A stretch of 53,062 bases of DNA from the NCBI GenBank assembly GCA_964416825.1, contig CAYQFT010000003.1, forward strand, positions 1 through 53,062, in the 5' to 3' direction. The notes below the pieces were generated by a model. It did not search any database, was not told the origin of the DNA, and worked only from the letters and a program-made list of their open reading frames with translations. Numbering within the stretch: position 1 is the first letter of the stretch; the number at the start of each line of letters is the position of its first letter. The translations under genes and the position numbers were made by a program. The stretch comes from an uncultured Porphyromonadaceae bacterium. GTDB taxonomy: Bacteria > Bacteroidota > Bacteroidia > Bacteroidales > UBA12481. Positions 9,996 to 18,509 of this stretch are shown piece by piece.

Positions 9996-10622
9996 CTAAT
10001 GCAGCCTGTAGTTTATCAGATGGATGAACTCTTCGCGCGTGGCGGTTCTTAGGAACGCACCCGTAAAATCGGAAGTTGTTGTCACTGAATTTTGCTTCTG
10101 CACACCGCGCATCTGCATGCACATGTGCTGAGCCTCTATGACAACCGCGACGCCCAATGGCTGAAGGGTGTCCTGTATGCAGTCGCGGATCTGCGTGGTA
10201 AGCCTCTCCTGCACCTGCAGCCGGCGGGCATAGGCGTCAACAACCCTGGCAATTTTACTGAGTCCGGTTACATGTCCGTTAGGGATATATGCAACATGGG
10301 CCTTTCCGAAAAATGGGAGGAGGTGGTGCTCACAAAGGCTGTATAACTCGATGTTTTTCACGAGGACCATCTGCCGGTAGTCTTCATGGAAGGTGGCCGA
10401 TTTCAGCATCTCAACAGGATCCATCTTGTAACCCTGAGTAAAGAACTGCATGGCTTTGGCTACCCGCGTAGGAGTTTTCAGCAACCCTTCACGTTCTGAG
10501 TCCTCACCGAGCAGATCGAGAATTTTCTTATAATGCTCGGCTATTTCCAATGTTTTTTCATCATCGTAGCGTTCAATTTTCTGATAGCCGTTGCCATTCA
10601 TTTCATTCAGGGTGATTTCCAT
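9996..10622 (-). CDS. folE: GTP cyclohydrolase I
   Basis: Motifs: [37 protein letters not shown]. The ORF is open to 10697, but the Met at 10622 (MEITLNEM...) gives a typical length. Start is uncertain. Confidence 0.9.
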   Translation of the reverse strand: MEITLNEMNGNGYQKIERYDDEKTLEIAEHYKKILDLLGEDSEREGLLKTPTRVAKAMQFFTQGYKMDPVEMLKSATFHEDYRQMVLVKNIELYSLCEHHLLPFFGKAHVAYIPNGHVTGLSKIARVVDAYARRLQVQERLTTQIRDCIQDTLQPLGVAVVIEAQHMCMQMRGVQKQNSVTTTSDFTGAFLRTATREEFIHLINYRLH

Positions 10623-10711
10623 TTTCTTAGTTTTTGACTGGATGTTAGGACAAAGTAAGGACATTTTTAGTTCAGAAGAGTTATCTTCGGTAACCATATA
10701 TCCTCCTATTG

Positions 10712-11365
10712 ATGAGCCGCCTTTTAGTAATACCCACCATGACCGAGGCAGCGGAACTGATCAGGACCGCAGGATTCAGACAGGTCGGGGTTCCTGGCTT
10801 CTTTGAACTTCCGGGCACCGACTGGAATCTGATGATTGCCGGCATCGGCACGGTGCCTGTTATTTATAACCTGACCCGGCATTTCGCTACTGCACGGTAT
10901 GAAAAAGTCATCCATGCGGGTATTGCGGGCAGCTATTTCCTGCCGCTCCAGCCGGGGGAAGTTGTCCAGGTAACGCGCGATACCTTTGCGGATGTGGGGA
11001 TCGATCACGGAGGAATCTTCAGGTGGATTTTTCACGAAGGTTTGTGGAACCCGGAAGAGAAACCTTTCCGGTTTGGATGGATGGAAGTGCCGGAGGATCC
11101 CTCCCTGAATCTGGAATGTGTCAGCAGTATCACCGTTGACCTGGTTACGGCAAGCCCAGAGAGGAAGGCCCGGATGATTGATAAATTTAATCCCCAGGCC
11201 GAAACCATGGAAGGCGCCGCTGTTTTTTATGTCTGCCTCAAGGAGGATATCCCTGTGATTCAAATAAGGGCAATCTCCAACTACACAGGCATTCGCGACC
11301 GGAAGAGCTGGAAAGTCGAAGAAGCCATTGACTCATTAACGAATGTTTTAACCAAACTCCTATGA
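10712..11365 (+). CDS. mqnB: Futalosine hydrolase-like nucleosidase (PNP/UDP_1 fold)
   Basis: About 217 aa. Small nucleosidase-like protein ([32 protein letters not shown]) directly followed by and overlapping mqnD. First ATG at 10712; the ORF track starts at TTG 10709. Confidence 0.7.
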   Translation: MSRLLVIPTMTEAAELIRTAGFRQVGVPGFFELPGTDWNLMIAGIGTVPVIYNLTRHFATARYEKVIHAGIAGSYFLPLQPGEVVQVTRDTFADVGIDHGGIFRWIFHEGLWNPEEKPFRFGWMEVPEDPSLNLECVSSITVDLVTASPERKARMIDKFNPQAETMEGAAVFYVCLKEDIPVIQIRAISNYTGIRDRKSWKVEEAIDSLTNVLTKLL

Positions 11366-12192
11366 AAATCAGGATCGGATACAGCACCTGTCCGAATGAT
11401 ACCTTCATCTTTGATGCCCTGGTGAACGGGAAAATCGATACTGAAGGCATAACGTTTGTCCCATACCTGAATGATGTAGAGGAACTTAATCTCCTTGCAT
11501 TCAGGGGTGAACTGGATATTACCAAATTGTCTTATCATGCCTGGCTGCACGTGTGGAAAGAGTATGTCATCCTCGAGTCAGGTAGTGCCCTGGGGCGCGG
11601 AAATGGCCCGGTCCTGGTAGCCAGGGATCAGTGCCTCGATCCACGTTACCTGAGCCTTACAGTGGCTATCCCGGGTGAGTATACAACCGCGAATCTTCTG
11701 CTACGGATGGCGTATCCTACCATCACCGAGAAAAAGTCTTTTGTTTTTTCAGATATTGAACAAGCCATTCTTGACCGGAAGGTGGATGCCGGGGTTCTGA
11801 TTCATGAAAATCGATTCACCTATTCGAAAAAGGGACTGGTCCTACTGAAGGATCTGGGCCAGTTTTGGGAGGAAACCACCTCTGCTCCTATACCGCTCGG
11901 CGGAATCATGGCCCATCGCAGACTAAGGCCTGATCTTATCCGCACCATTGACGGGCTGATCAAAAAAAGCCTCATGGTGGCCTTGAGGAATCCGGAGGGA
12001 GCTGTCCCCTACATGCGGAAATTTGCTCAAACTATTGAGCAGGACGTGATGGATGCTCATATTAAGGCGTTTGTTACAGAAAACACCATAGCCCTTGGAA
12101 CCGAAGGGAGAAATGCAATCCGGATCCTCATTGAGAAATCTCTGTCAGCTGGTTTGATTAACGAAGAACCAGCTGAGATTTTCAATCAATAA
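11362..12192 (+). CDS. mqnD: 1,4-dihydroxy-6-naphthoate synthase (futalosine menaquinone pathway)
   Basis: 276 aa. The N-terminus [26 protein letters not shown] is characteristic of MqnD/VitK2_biosynth. 4-nt overlap with mqnB. Confidence 0.8.
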   Translation: MKIRIGYSTCPNDTFIFDALVNGKIDTEGITFVPYLNDVEELNLLAFRGELDITKLSYHAWLHVWKEYVILESGSALGRGNGPVLVARDQCLDPRYLSLTVAIPGEYTTANLLLRMAYPTITEKKSFVFSDIEQAILDRKVDAGVLIHENRFTYSKKGLVLLKDLGQFWEETTSAPIPLGGIMAHRRLRPDLIRTIDGLIKKSLMVALRNPEGAVPYMRKFAQTIEQDVMDAHIKAFVTENTIALGTEGRNAIRILIEKSLSAGLINEEPAEIFNQ

Positions 12193-12200
12193 GAAGCTTA

Positions 12201-14420
12201 ATGGGCAGGCGATCAGGTTATCAAGCTTATCCTTGGTTCACGCTTAGGGCACCTTTGTTGCCCGTCGACGCATTGAAAGGAATCCCTGAGAGTCCGCTGG
12301 AACTTGACGGTTTTTTGCGGCCCATTTTCTCAAATCCCTTGGTTTCCGAGGCTTTATTGCTTGGCAGCTTTGATTTCCAGCAGGTTCTTTTCAATGAATT
12401 TCGCAACGCTCCTGAAGGGAAGGCTGATTATCGGATTCTGATATCCTTTCTCCGGTATTTTTGCCGGATGTCATCACGCTGCACCCCGTTTGGAACCTTT
12501 GCAGGGTTTGCTACCGGGTTGCTGTCGGGCCAGACAGATATAAAGATCGACCATCCGGAGAAGCACGGAGTGTATATCCGGCCGGATATGGAATACCTGA
12601 TGAGTGCGGCTAGGTACCTTGCCTCCAGTCCTGAAATCAGGGAATCCCTCTTATTTACGCCAAATACCAGCCTTTACCGGGTTGGCAGCCGCTGGCATTA
12701 TGTTCAGACCAACCCATCGTTGGCCGGAAGAAACAATGTTTATGATGTGGTGACGGTAGAGGATGCCGGAATTCTGAAGTCGCTGCTGGAATTTTGCCAT
12801 GCAGGACGTAAGTTGCACGATATCAAAGAATATCTGAATGCCGGAGGATGGGATGGGGGAGAGATAAACGACTATGTAAGTGCACTCACTATGGAACAGG
12901 TCCTTGTGAGCCAGTTGGAACCCGTTGTTTGCGGAAAGCAATACTTTGACGGACTTCTGAAGCTGATGGAATATGCTTTTCCTGAAAATGAAAAAATCCA
13001 GCCCCTTAGAAGCATTCACAGATTGCTGACTGATATTGCACATCCCGGCGACATTTCGCCGCTCAGAAACCGGTTATCCACAGAAGCGCGTAAGATTCCG
13101 GTTCCGGTCAATGAGAGTCACCTGATCCAGGCTGATATGAACCTGAGTTTTTCCAATCTAGAATTGGACCGGAACCTTGCCAACCAGATTCTCCTTGGGA
13201 TCAGGATTTCCCGGGCATTGTCGGTGAACCGACGGGCGGACCCTTTGGAGAAATTCCGGGAAGCTTTCATCAAACGATACGGAGAGCGGGAAGTTATGCT
13301 GGTGAAGGTTCTTGACCCTGAAACCGGTATCGGGCTGGAGGGGTCCGTTGAGAACTATTGGACCGATCCCGTGCCTTGGATCGATGACCTGCGCTGGGGG
13401 CCGGGATTCAGTACCCCATCCGTTTCCAAGGAGTCCGGACATACGTGGCTGGTTTCCCGGTTGTTTAAAACCGTCGCAGCCGGAGATTTATATCTTGATA
13501 TTCAGCAGCATGACATTCAGGATCTGGATATTCATTCCGGAATCTGGCCGGACCAGATCTGGGCCTTTGTTGAATTGCTCGATCCCGATAGTGAGGGCAG
13601 GAATCAGGTATATCTCAGCCTTAGTTCTCCCGGACACCCTGCTGCCATTCTTGGACGGTTTGGGTTTGCAGATCCGGCCAACACCATCGATTGGATGAAT
13701 CGGCTTATCCGGGATGAAACAGACCAGAACCCGGAAAAAATCTATGCCGAAGTCGTTCACCTGCCCGAGGATCGCACCGGCAATGTCTTGCAAAGGCCAT
13801 CCTTCTACGAGTATGATATTCCTTACCTCGCACGCTCCGAAAAACCGGCGGAGAAGCAAATCAGGGTTTCCGATATACTTGTTTCGGTCAGGAACGACCG
13901 GGTTGTGCTAACCTCTGCAACCACCGGGAGAGAGATCGTTCCAAGAATGACCAATGCCTACAATCACAATCTGGGTAATTTACCGGTATATAAATTTCTG
14001 CATCGCGTTCAACTTCAGGAAAACCTGAACGCCTGGCTTCCCTCATGGGGCGATGCTGCCAGAATGCTTTCTTATACTCCCGGCATACGTTTCCGCAATC
14101 TGATTCTGCTTGCTCCCTCATGGACTTTCAGAACGACTGATCTTGAACATTGGATCTCCATTGCCAAACAGAGCGTTGACATGGAATCTTTACTGAAGTG
14201 GAAGGAGTCCCGGTTTATGCCGGATGAGATGGTTTGGATGCACGGCGATCAGGATCTGTATTTTGACTGGAGGAACGCAAACCTGATATTGGCTCTCTGG
14301 GATGTTATTCATGGCTTTCCGTCAGTGACAGTCAGGCCATTTTATGCCCGATCGACCCCGGCGATGGGTTCTTCAGGAACCTTTGCCAACCAAATCGTAC
14401 TAGGTTATAAACAGGAATGA
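12201..14420 (+). CDS. Lantibiotic dehydratase, N-terminal (glutamylation) part of a split LanB
   Basis: 739 aa. Motifs: FTLRAPLLPVDAL near the N-terminus and RMSSRCTPFGTFAGFATG, both typical of Lant_dehydr_N. Starts 8 nt after the mqnD stop. Confidence 0.85.
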   Translation: MGRRSGYQAYPWFTLRAPLLPVDALKGIPESPLELDGFLRPIFSNPLVSEALLLGSFDFQQVLFNEFRNAPEGKADYRILISFLRYFCRMSSRCTPFGTFAGFATGLLSGQTDIKIDHPEKHGVYIRPDMEYLMSAARYLASSPEIRESLLFTPNTSLYRVGSRWHYVQTNPSLAGRNNVYDVVTVEDAGILKSLLEFCHAGRKLHDIKEYLNAGGWDGGEINDYVSALTMEQVLVSQLEPVVCGKQYFDGLLKLMEYAFPENEKIQPLRSIHRLLTDIAHPGDISPLRNRLSTEARKIPVPVNESHLIQADMNLSFSNLELDRNLANQILLGIRISRALSVNRRADPLEKFREAFIKRYGEREVMLVKVLDPETGIGLEGSVENYWTDPVPWIDDLRWGPGFSTPSVSKESGHTWLVSRLFKTVAAGDLYLDIQQHDIQDLDIHSGIWPDQIWAFVELLDPDSEGRNQVYLSLSSPGHPAAILGRFGFADPANTIDWMNRLIRDETDQNPEKIYAEVVHLPEDRTGNVLQRPSFYEYDIPYLARSEKPAEKQIRVSDILVSVRNDRVVLTSATTGREIVPRMTNAYNHNLGNLPVYKFLHRVQLQENLNAWLPSWGDAARMLSYTPGIRFRNLILLAPSWTFRTTDLEHWISIAKQSVDMESLLKWKESRFMPDEMVWMHGDQDLYFDWRNANLILALWDVIHGFPSVTVRPFYARSTPAMGSSGTFANQIVLGYKQE

Positions 14421-15250
14421 ATCAAAAAACAATCAGATATGTTCCCGGATCTTCCTGGTTGTACCTTAGGTTCTACGGAGGTACGCAGGCATTGGAAGAG
14501 TGGCTGACCGGTCCCTTTGAGCTGCTGCTTCAACCCTGGCTTGCAGCGGGTTCAGTTGAAAGTTTTCACTTCATCCGATACCTGGATCCGGATTACCACC
14601 TGCGGATCCGCCTTAGGCTGGCCGACCCGGTAAAAAGCGGTGAGGTCCTGACTTCCATCAGCAGAAGCTGCCAATCTTTTCTTGACCATGACCTGATATG
14701 GAAAGTGGAGGCGGGGACCTATGAGCCTGAAACCGAACGGTACGGTGTCAATCGTATGGAACTTGTTGAGGAGTGGTTCTTCATTGATTCTGTTTTCTGG
14801 CTCGGTGCAATCAGAAATTCCGAAGAGGATAATGATAACGACCGTTGGCATAACGGTGCCTGCCGGATAGATTGGCTGTTAAATCAATTTGGAGCCACAG
14901 CAATTGAGAAGTCGGTATTGCTGAACCGAATGCGGGAGGCCCTGTCGGCCGATTTCCATCTCTCACGATCCATGAAGAACCAGCTGGATATAAAATACCG
15001 CACTCTTTCGTCAGAACTCGAATCCTCTCTTCGAAATGCCATAAGAACCAATGAACACCTTCAGGTTCTTACTGATCTAAAGGCAACCTATGCTGACCAT
15101 GAAGCCATGATCCGCTCCAATCTGGTTCCCGACCTTGTTCACATGACCCTCAACAGGGCTTTCCGCACCCGGCACCGGCTGCAGGAGATGGTGCTGTATG
15201 ATTTTCTTGGGAGGTACTATCGCTCGGCGATGGCGAGAGCTAAGATTTGA
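14417..15250 (+). CDS. LanB C-terminal (glutamate elimination) domain protein, also called thiopeptide-type bacteriocin biosynthesis domain
   Basis: 277 aa. Motifs WLYLRFYGG and FHFIRYLDPDYHLRIRL are typical of Lant_dehydr_C/SpaB_C. ATGA overlap with the upstream dehydratase gene. Confidence 0.85.
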   Translation: MNQKTIRYVPGSSWLYLRFYGGTQALEEWLTGPFELLLQPWLAAGSVESFHFIRYLDPDYHLRIRLRLADPVKSGEVLTSISRSCQSFLDHDLIWKVEAGTYEPETERYGVNRMELVEEWFFIDSVFWLGAIRNSEEDNDNDRWHNGACRIDWLLNQFGATAIEKSVLLNRMREALSADFHLSRSMKNQLDIKYRTLSSELESSLRNAIRTNEHLQVLTDLKATYADHEAMIRSNLVPDLVHMTLNRAFRTRHRLQEMVLYDFLGRYYRSAMARAKI

Positions 15251-15348
15251 TTAGTGATTAGTGATTAGTGATTAGTGACTAGTCCTAACCTACTATTCAC
15301 CATTCACTATTCACCATTCACTATTCACTATTCACCATTCACTATTAC
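15251..15348. repeat. Two opposed heptanucleotide arrays
   Basis: TTAGTGA x4 (15251-15278) begins 1 nt after the stop codon. After a 14-nt spacer come 8 units of CTATTCA/CCATTCA (15293-15348). In another phase the second array reads TCACTAT/TCACCAT, which is 6/7 or 5/7 identical to the reverse complement (TCACTAA) of the first. This gives a long imperfect hairpin. Confidence 0.85.
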
Positions 15349-15422
15349 CTCTGCTGAACAATTATTGTCCATTAGTTGTTATTAAGACATATTCTAAGTA
15401 ACAATAACCAGGAGGAAAAAGA

Positions 15423-16022
15423 ATGTCATTCAAATTGCCCGATTTACCTTATGCTTATGATGCATTGGAGCCATATATCGATGCACGTACAATGGAGATT
15501 CATCACGGCAAGCATCATGCTGCCTACACGAATAACCTGAATAACCTTTTAGCCGGCACTGATGCCGATACCCTTACGATTGAGCAAATCCTTGCTGAAG
15601 TTTCCAAGCACCCAATGGGTGTTCGGAACAATGGCGGTGGGTTTTACAATCACAACCTTTTCTGGAACAATCTATCGCCGAATGGTGGTGGAAAGCCGAC
15701 CGGTGACCTGATGAAGGCCATTGAAACAGATTTTGGGTCTTTCGAAGCTTTTAAAGAGAAATTCTCAACGGCAGCTGCAACACGTTTTGGGTCGGGCTGG
15801 GCCTGGCTGGTTGTTGCTGACGGGAAACTTGTTGTTACCTCCTCCCCGAATCAGGACAATCCCCTGATGGATATAGCTGATGTTAAGGGTACGCCGATAT
15901 TAGCTCTCGATGTTTGGGAACATGCCTACTACCTTCACTATCAGAACCGGAGGCCGGAGTATATCGATGCTTTCTGGCACCTGGTGGACTGGAGCGAGGT
16001 TAGCCGGCGGATGGGTAAATAG
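15423..16022 (+). CDS. Fe/Mn-family superoxide dismutase, cytoplasmic type
   Basis: 199 aa. Motifs: [52 protein letters not shown] lies 8 nt upstream of the ATG. Confidence 0.95.
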   Translation: MSFKLPDLPYAYDALEPYIDARTMEIHHGKHHAAYTNNLNNLLAGTDADTLTIEQILAEVSKHPMGVRNNGGGFYNHNLFWNNLSPNGGGKPTGDLMKAIETDFGSFEAFKEKFSTAAATRFGSGWAWLVVADGKLVVTSSPNQDNPLMDIADVKGTPILALDVWEHAYYLHYQNRRPEYIDAFWHLVDWSEVSRRMGK

Positions 16023-16057
16023 TTACTGGTTGCTGGTTACTGGTTGCTGGTTTAGGG
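16023..16057. repeat. Heptanucleotide tandem array (5 units)
   Basis: TTACTGG TTGCTGG TTACTGG TTGCTGG TTTAGGG, beginning 1 nt after the SOD stop codon. Confidence 0.8.
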
Positions 16058-16065
16058 TATGCGGT

Positions 16066-16086
16066 CCCCGCTTTCGCGGGGATGAC
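16066..16086. repeat. REP-like GC hairpin CCCCGC-TTTC-GCGGGG followed by ATGAC
   Basis: 6-bp GC stem with a 4-nt loop. A near-identical element, CCCGGC-CTTC-GCCGGG-ATGAC, recurs at 19720-19740. Confidence 0.7.
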
Positions 16087-16088
16087 CT

Positions 16089-16114
16089 GTAGAGACGCAT
16101 AAATGCGTCTCTAC
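16089..16114. terminator. Perfect 12-bp palindrome, likely a bidirectional terminator or REP-like element
   Basis: GTAGAGACGCAT-AA-ATGCGTCTCTAC lies between the convergent SOD and DUF2961 genes. A related element with core GGACGCAT-GT-ATGCGTCC is at 18407-18424. Confidence 0.65.
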
Positions 16115-18105
16115 TAGGGTAATAGTTCTAAGATGATTTCAATCAGCGAAAGGTTTTTGCCGGAAAGCCGGAAGTAGACAACGTTGTTGCCCTGGACGGC
16201 ATTGAGTGTGCCGATCGGGAGGATGGGGCTGATGGCGGTCTCGGGGGCGTCAAGGTCGACCGGCTTGCCGAGAGGTTTATCGTGCTGCCGGGCCTGCAGG
16301 CTTCCCATATCGGGGCCTTGGATTGCTTTAACGCTGATCTGATATTTTCCGGCTTCTGGGAGATCGAGTATGAACGAAACCTCATGGGCACCAAAAACAT
16401 CCGAATTGGTTGTTTTCAGGGTAAAGCAGCGAACGCGGCCGGTTCCTACCTTCACGCTTCCTTTCTCAATCACAGCATTCTGTAGCGGGGTGGTGTGAGT
16501 CGGGACATTCCATCCGGGCACAAAAACAACTTTTTTCGGCGCGGTGATTCGGCGGTCGGCAAAATCAGGCAAGGGAACATTGGCAGAGGGTTTTTCTGTT
16601 GAATAATAGTACGTTACGCTGGTATAATCCGTGGTTTCGGCATTTCCTTCCGGCCCATGCTCGATGGTATAATCAATATTCCTGCGGAAAACATAGGTAT
16701 CCGGGATCATCCACCGGTAACCTCCGGTTCGTCCCATAGGTTTCTTGTAATCCAGGCAACCGCTGAGCGGGAATGATGCCCGTTCTTCCCAACGAGCTGG
16801 GACATCGTACCAGCCTCCATTGAAGGAATCCTCGGAGCCGGTTCCGTGGATGGCCATCTCGCCATCGATCATCACAATATCATCCCCTTCGAAGAATGTA
16901 GTGCCGCCCGGGTTAAAGCCCTGGGCCTGAAGGGAAACACCGATTACATGGCCGTTACCGGTAGTATTCAGGTAGGTAAAGGGTTTACCGGTGGTGCAGG
17001 GGTTTTCCCTGTTCCATTGACAATAGAAATACCCTTCATCGGCTTTTTTACCGTTCCGGGCAAAAACAACCTCTGCATCTACCGGTATGGCCGGGCCTGA
17101 TGTATTCTCCTGAACCAGCTCTACCCGCACTGATTTTGAGAAAGGCATCGGGAGATACAGGTAGTTGACGTTATTGCTGGTGCCTGTAAAAAGTGATTTA
17201 GTAGCCGGTTCCCCGAAACTGTAGCCAAAGAGATCGGCAACCGGACAGGTAACCGAGGGTAACGATTCTCCCTCATAATAAATATTGAGGACTGCATCCT
17301 TCCGGAGTCCGGCAAACTGGGAAGCAGGTCCCAGCTTAATTCCCAGAATCCTGCCGGGCTTGTTCATCTTAAAGATTTCCAGAGGCTTGCCCGGTGCGGC
17401 AGTTCCACTGATTTTCTTTGATTCAGGCTGGATTCCTGGCCCAGCCAGATACGAGGATATATCCGTTCCGGCGGAATTCAGGATTTTACCGGCTTCCTCA
17501 ATTTTCCGCAGCCACTCCAGTGACGGTGGATTCTGATAGGTCTGGATAAGGGTATTGGCCGGATATTTTACGTAATTGAGATCATAAAAGGTAAACACGG
17601 GACAATCCCTGATCATAATCTTGCAGGAATATTGGTATGAAATCGGGACATAGGTATAATAGCCTCCCACCCCCGACCCGGTTAGCGGTTCCAGGAAAGG
17701 CAGGTGCTTGCCGTCAAAATACTCCTTGATTTTCAGGCTGATTCGTGGTGTTTTTTCCCCATCGAGATAAAACTCCATGTAACCCTCCTGCGGATCCGGC
17801 ATGTGGATGCGGGTCACCACACCAGGCCCCTCCATTTCGGCGATGACAAGCTGATCCCCTTCTTTGCGCAGGTACGAATACTTCCCGCTAAAGCCGTCGT
17901 CGTTCCCGCCAGACCTATCGTAGCTTGTAAATGCCCCGGTTTGGACCTGTGTTTTGATTGTCGGTAGCAGGTCGAGCCGAAGCAGTGCCTCTATCCCGAT
18001 GGGTTGAACGGTTGAAATGGATTGTGCTTGTTGAGCCAGGGCGTCAGATGTACAGGCCAGGGCCGGCAATATGGCCAGGGAGAAAAGAATTCTGAGAAGT
18101 TTCAT
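16114..18105 (-). CDS. Secreted DUF2961 (GH172-like) family protein
   Basis: 663 aa. N-terminal signal peptide MKLLRILFSLAILPALA. The GPGVVTRIHMP motif and overall beta-rich composition resemble the DUF2961 family. Assignment made from memory of the family motif. Confidence 0.55.
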   Translation of the reverse strand: MKLLRILFSLAILPALACTSDALAQQAQSISTVQPIGIEALLRLDLLPTIKTQVQTGAFTSYDRSGGNDDGFSGKYSYLRKEGDQLVIAEMEGPGVVTRIHMPDPQEGYMEFYLDGEKTPRISLKIKEYFDGKHLPFLEPLTGSGVGGYYTYVPISYQYSCKIMIRDCPVFTFYDLNYVKYPANTLIQTYQNPPSLEWLRKIEEAGKILNSAGTDISSYLAGPGIQPESKKISGTAAPGKPLEIFKMNKPGRILGIKLGPASQFAGLRKDAVLNIYYEGESLPSVTCPVADLFGYSFGEPATKSLFTGTSNNVNYLYLPMPFSKSVRVELVQENTSGPAIPVDAEVVFARNGKKADEGYFYCQWNRENPCTTGKPFTYLNTTGNGHVIGVSLQAQGFNPGGTTFFEGDDIVMIDGEMAIHGTGSEDSFNGGWYDVPARWEERASFPLSGCLDYKKPMGRTGGYRWMIPDTYVFRRNIDYTIEHGPEGNAETTDYTSVTYYYSTEKPSANVPLPDFADRRITAPKKVVFVPGWNVPTHTTPLQNAVIEKGSVKVGTGRVRCFTLKTTNSDVFGAHEVSFILDLPEAGKYQISVKAIQGPDMGSLQARQHDKPLGKPVDLDAPETAISPILPIGTLNAVQGNNVVYFRLSGKNLSLIEIILELLP

Positions 18106-18310
18106 GGTTGTTTAGTCTACGTAGGTTTGACGTATTTATTTCAAATGCATGATCACAATAATCTGATTTTCCTCGCCCGTTGATTTCTCTATATAATTCA
18201 GCAGCTGATCCCGTTTCTCCGGCATCAGAAGAACAGAGAACAGGAGTAGCGTGCGGAGTTTCATGAAGGCAGGATTGCGCCTTATAAATGTAGGGAAAAT
18301 CCTGAAAGTT

Positions 18311-18424
18311 GCGCCCTTGCAGGGCGCTGGAAAAGATTTAATGGGGCGGGGGAGGCCTCCGGCTGCGCCGGAGGGTACTCAGATGCCGCCCCTGCGGGGC
18401 TGAGAAGGACGCATGTATGCGTCC
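18311..18424. repeat. Cluster of four short GC-rich hairpins
   Basis: GCGCCCT-TGC-AGGGCGC (18311-18327), CCTCCGGC-TGC-GCCGGAGG (18356-18374), GCCCC-TGC-GGGGC (18388-18400) and GGACGCAT-GT-ATGCGTCC (18407-18424). Three of the four share a TGC loop. Confidence 0.75.
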
Positions 18425-18460
18425 CTACAGCTGCCTCGCCACAAATAACGTGTTTCGGTT

Positions 18461-18509
18461 CACGGGTCACGTGTCACGTTTTCCGCGTCACGCATCACGC
18501 GTCACGATC
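18461..18509. repeat. Heptanucleotide tandem array (7 units) overlapping the stop codon of the homocysteine methyltransferase gene
   Basis: CACGGGT CACGTGT CACGTTT TCCGCGT CACGCAT CACGCGT CACGATC, all in 7-nt phase. In the gene's sense orientation the unit is CGTGACG, the same unit as at 52890-52924 and 19680-19700. Confidence 0.8.

Noticed and set aside
15251-15348. Possible CRISPR array, considered here and at 42588, 52924 and 18461.
   Set aside because: The units are 7-8 nt and directly tandem with no spacers. No cas genes are present. This is not CRISPR architecture.
15251-15422. Search for a lanthipeptide precursor ORF immediately downstream of the split LanB. I also checked the tight junctions at 12193-12200 and 14417-14420.
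   Set aside because: There is no ATG/GTG-initiated ORF of useful length on the plus strand. The region is repeat DNA followed by the SOD ribosome-binding site. The upstream junctions leave no room.
18282-18470. A 62-aa minus-strand ORF lies in the spacer between the DUF2961 and methyltransferase genes.
   Set aside because: It runs through four GC-rich palindromes and the heptamer array. Its Ala/Pro/Gly-rich composition reflects the repeats, not a gene.
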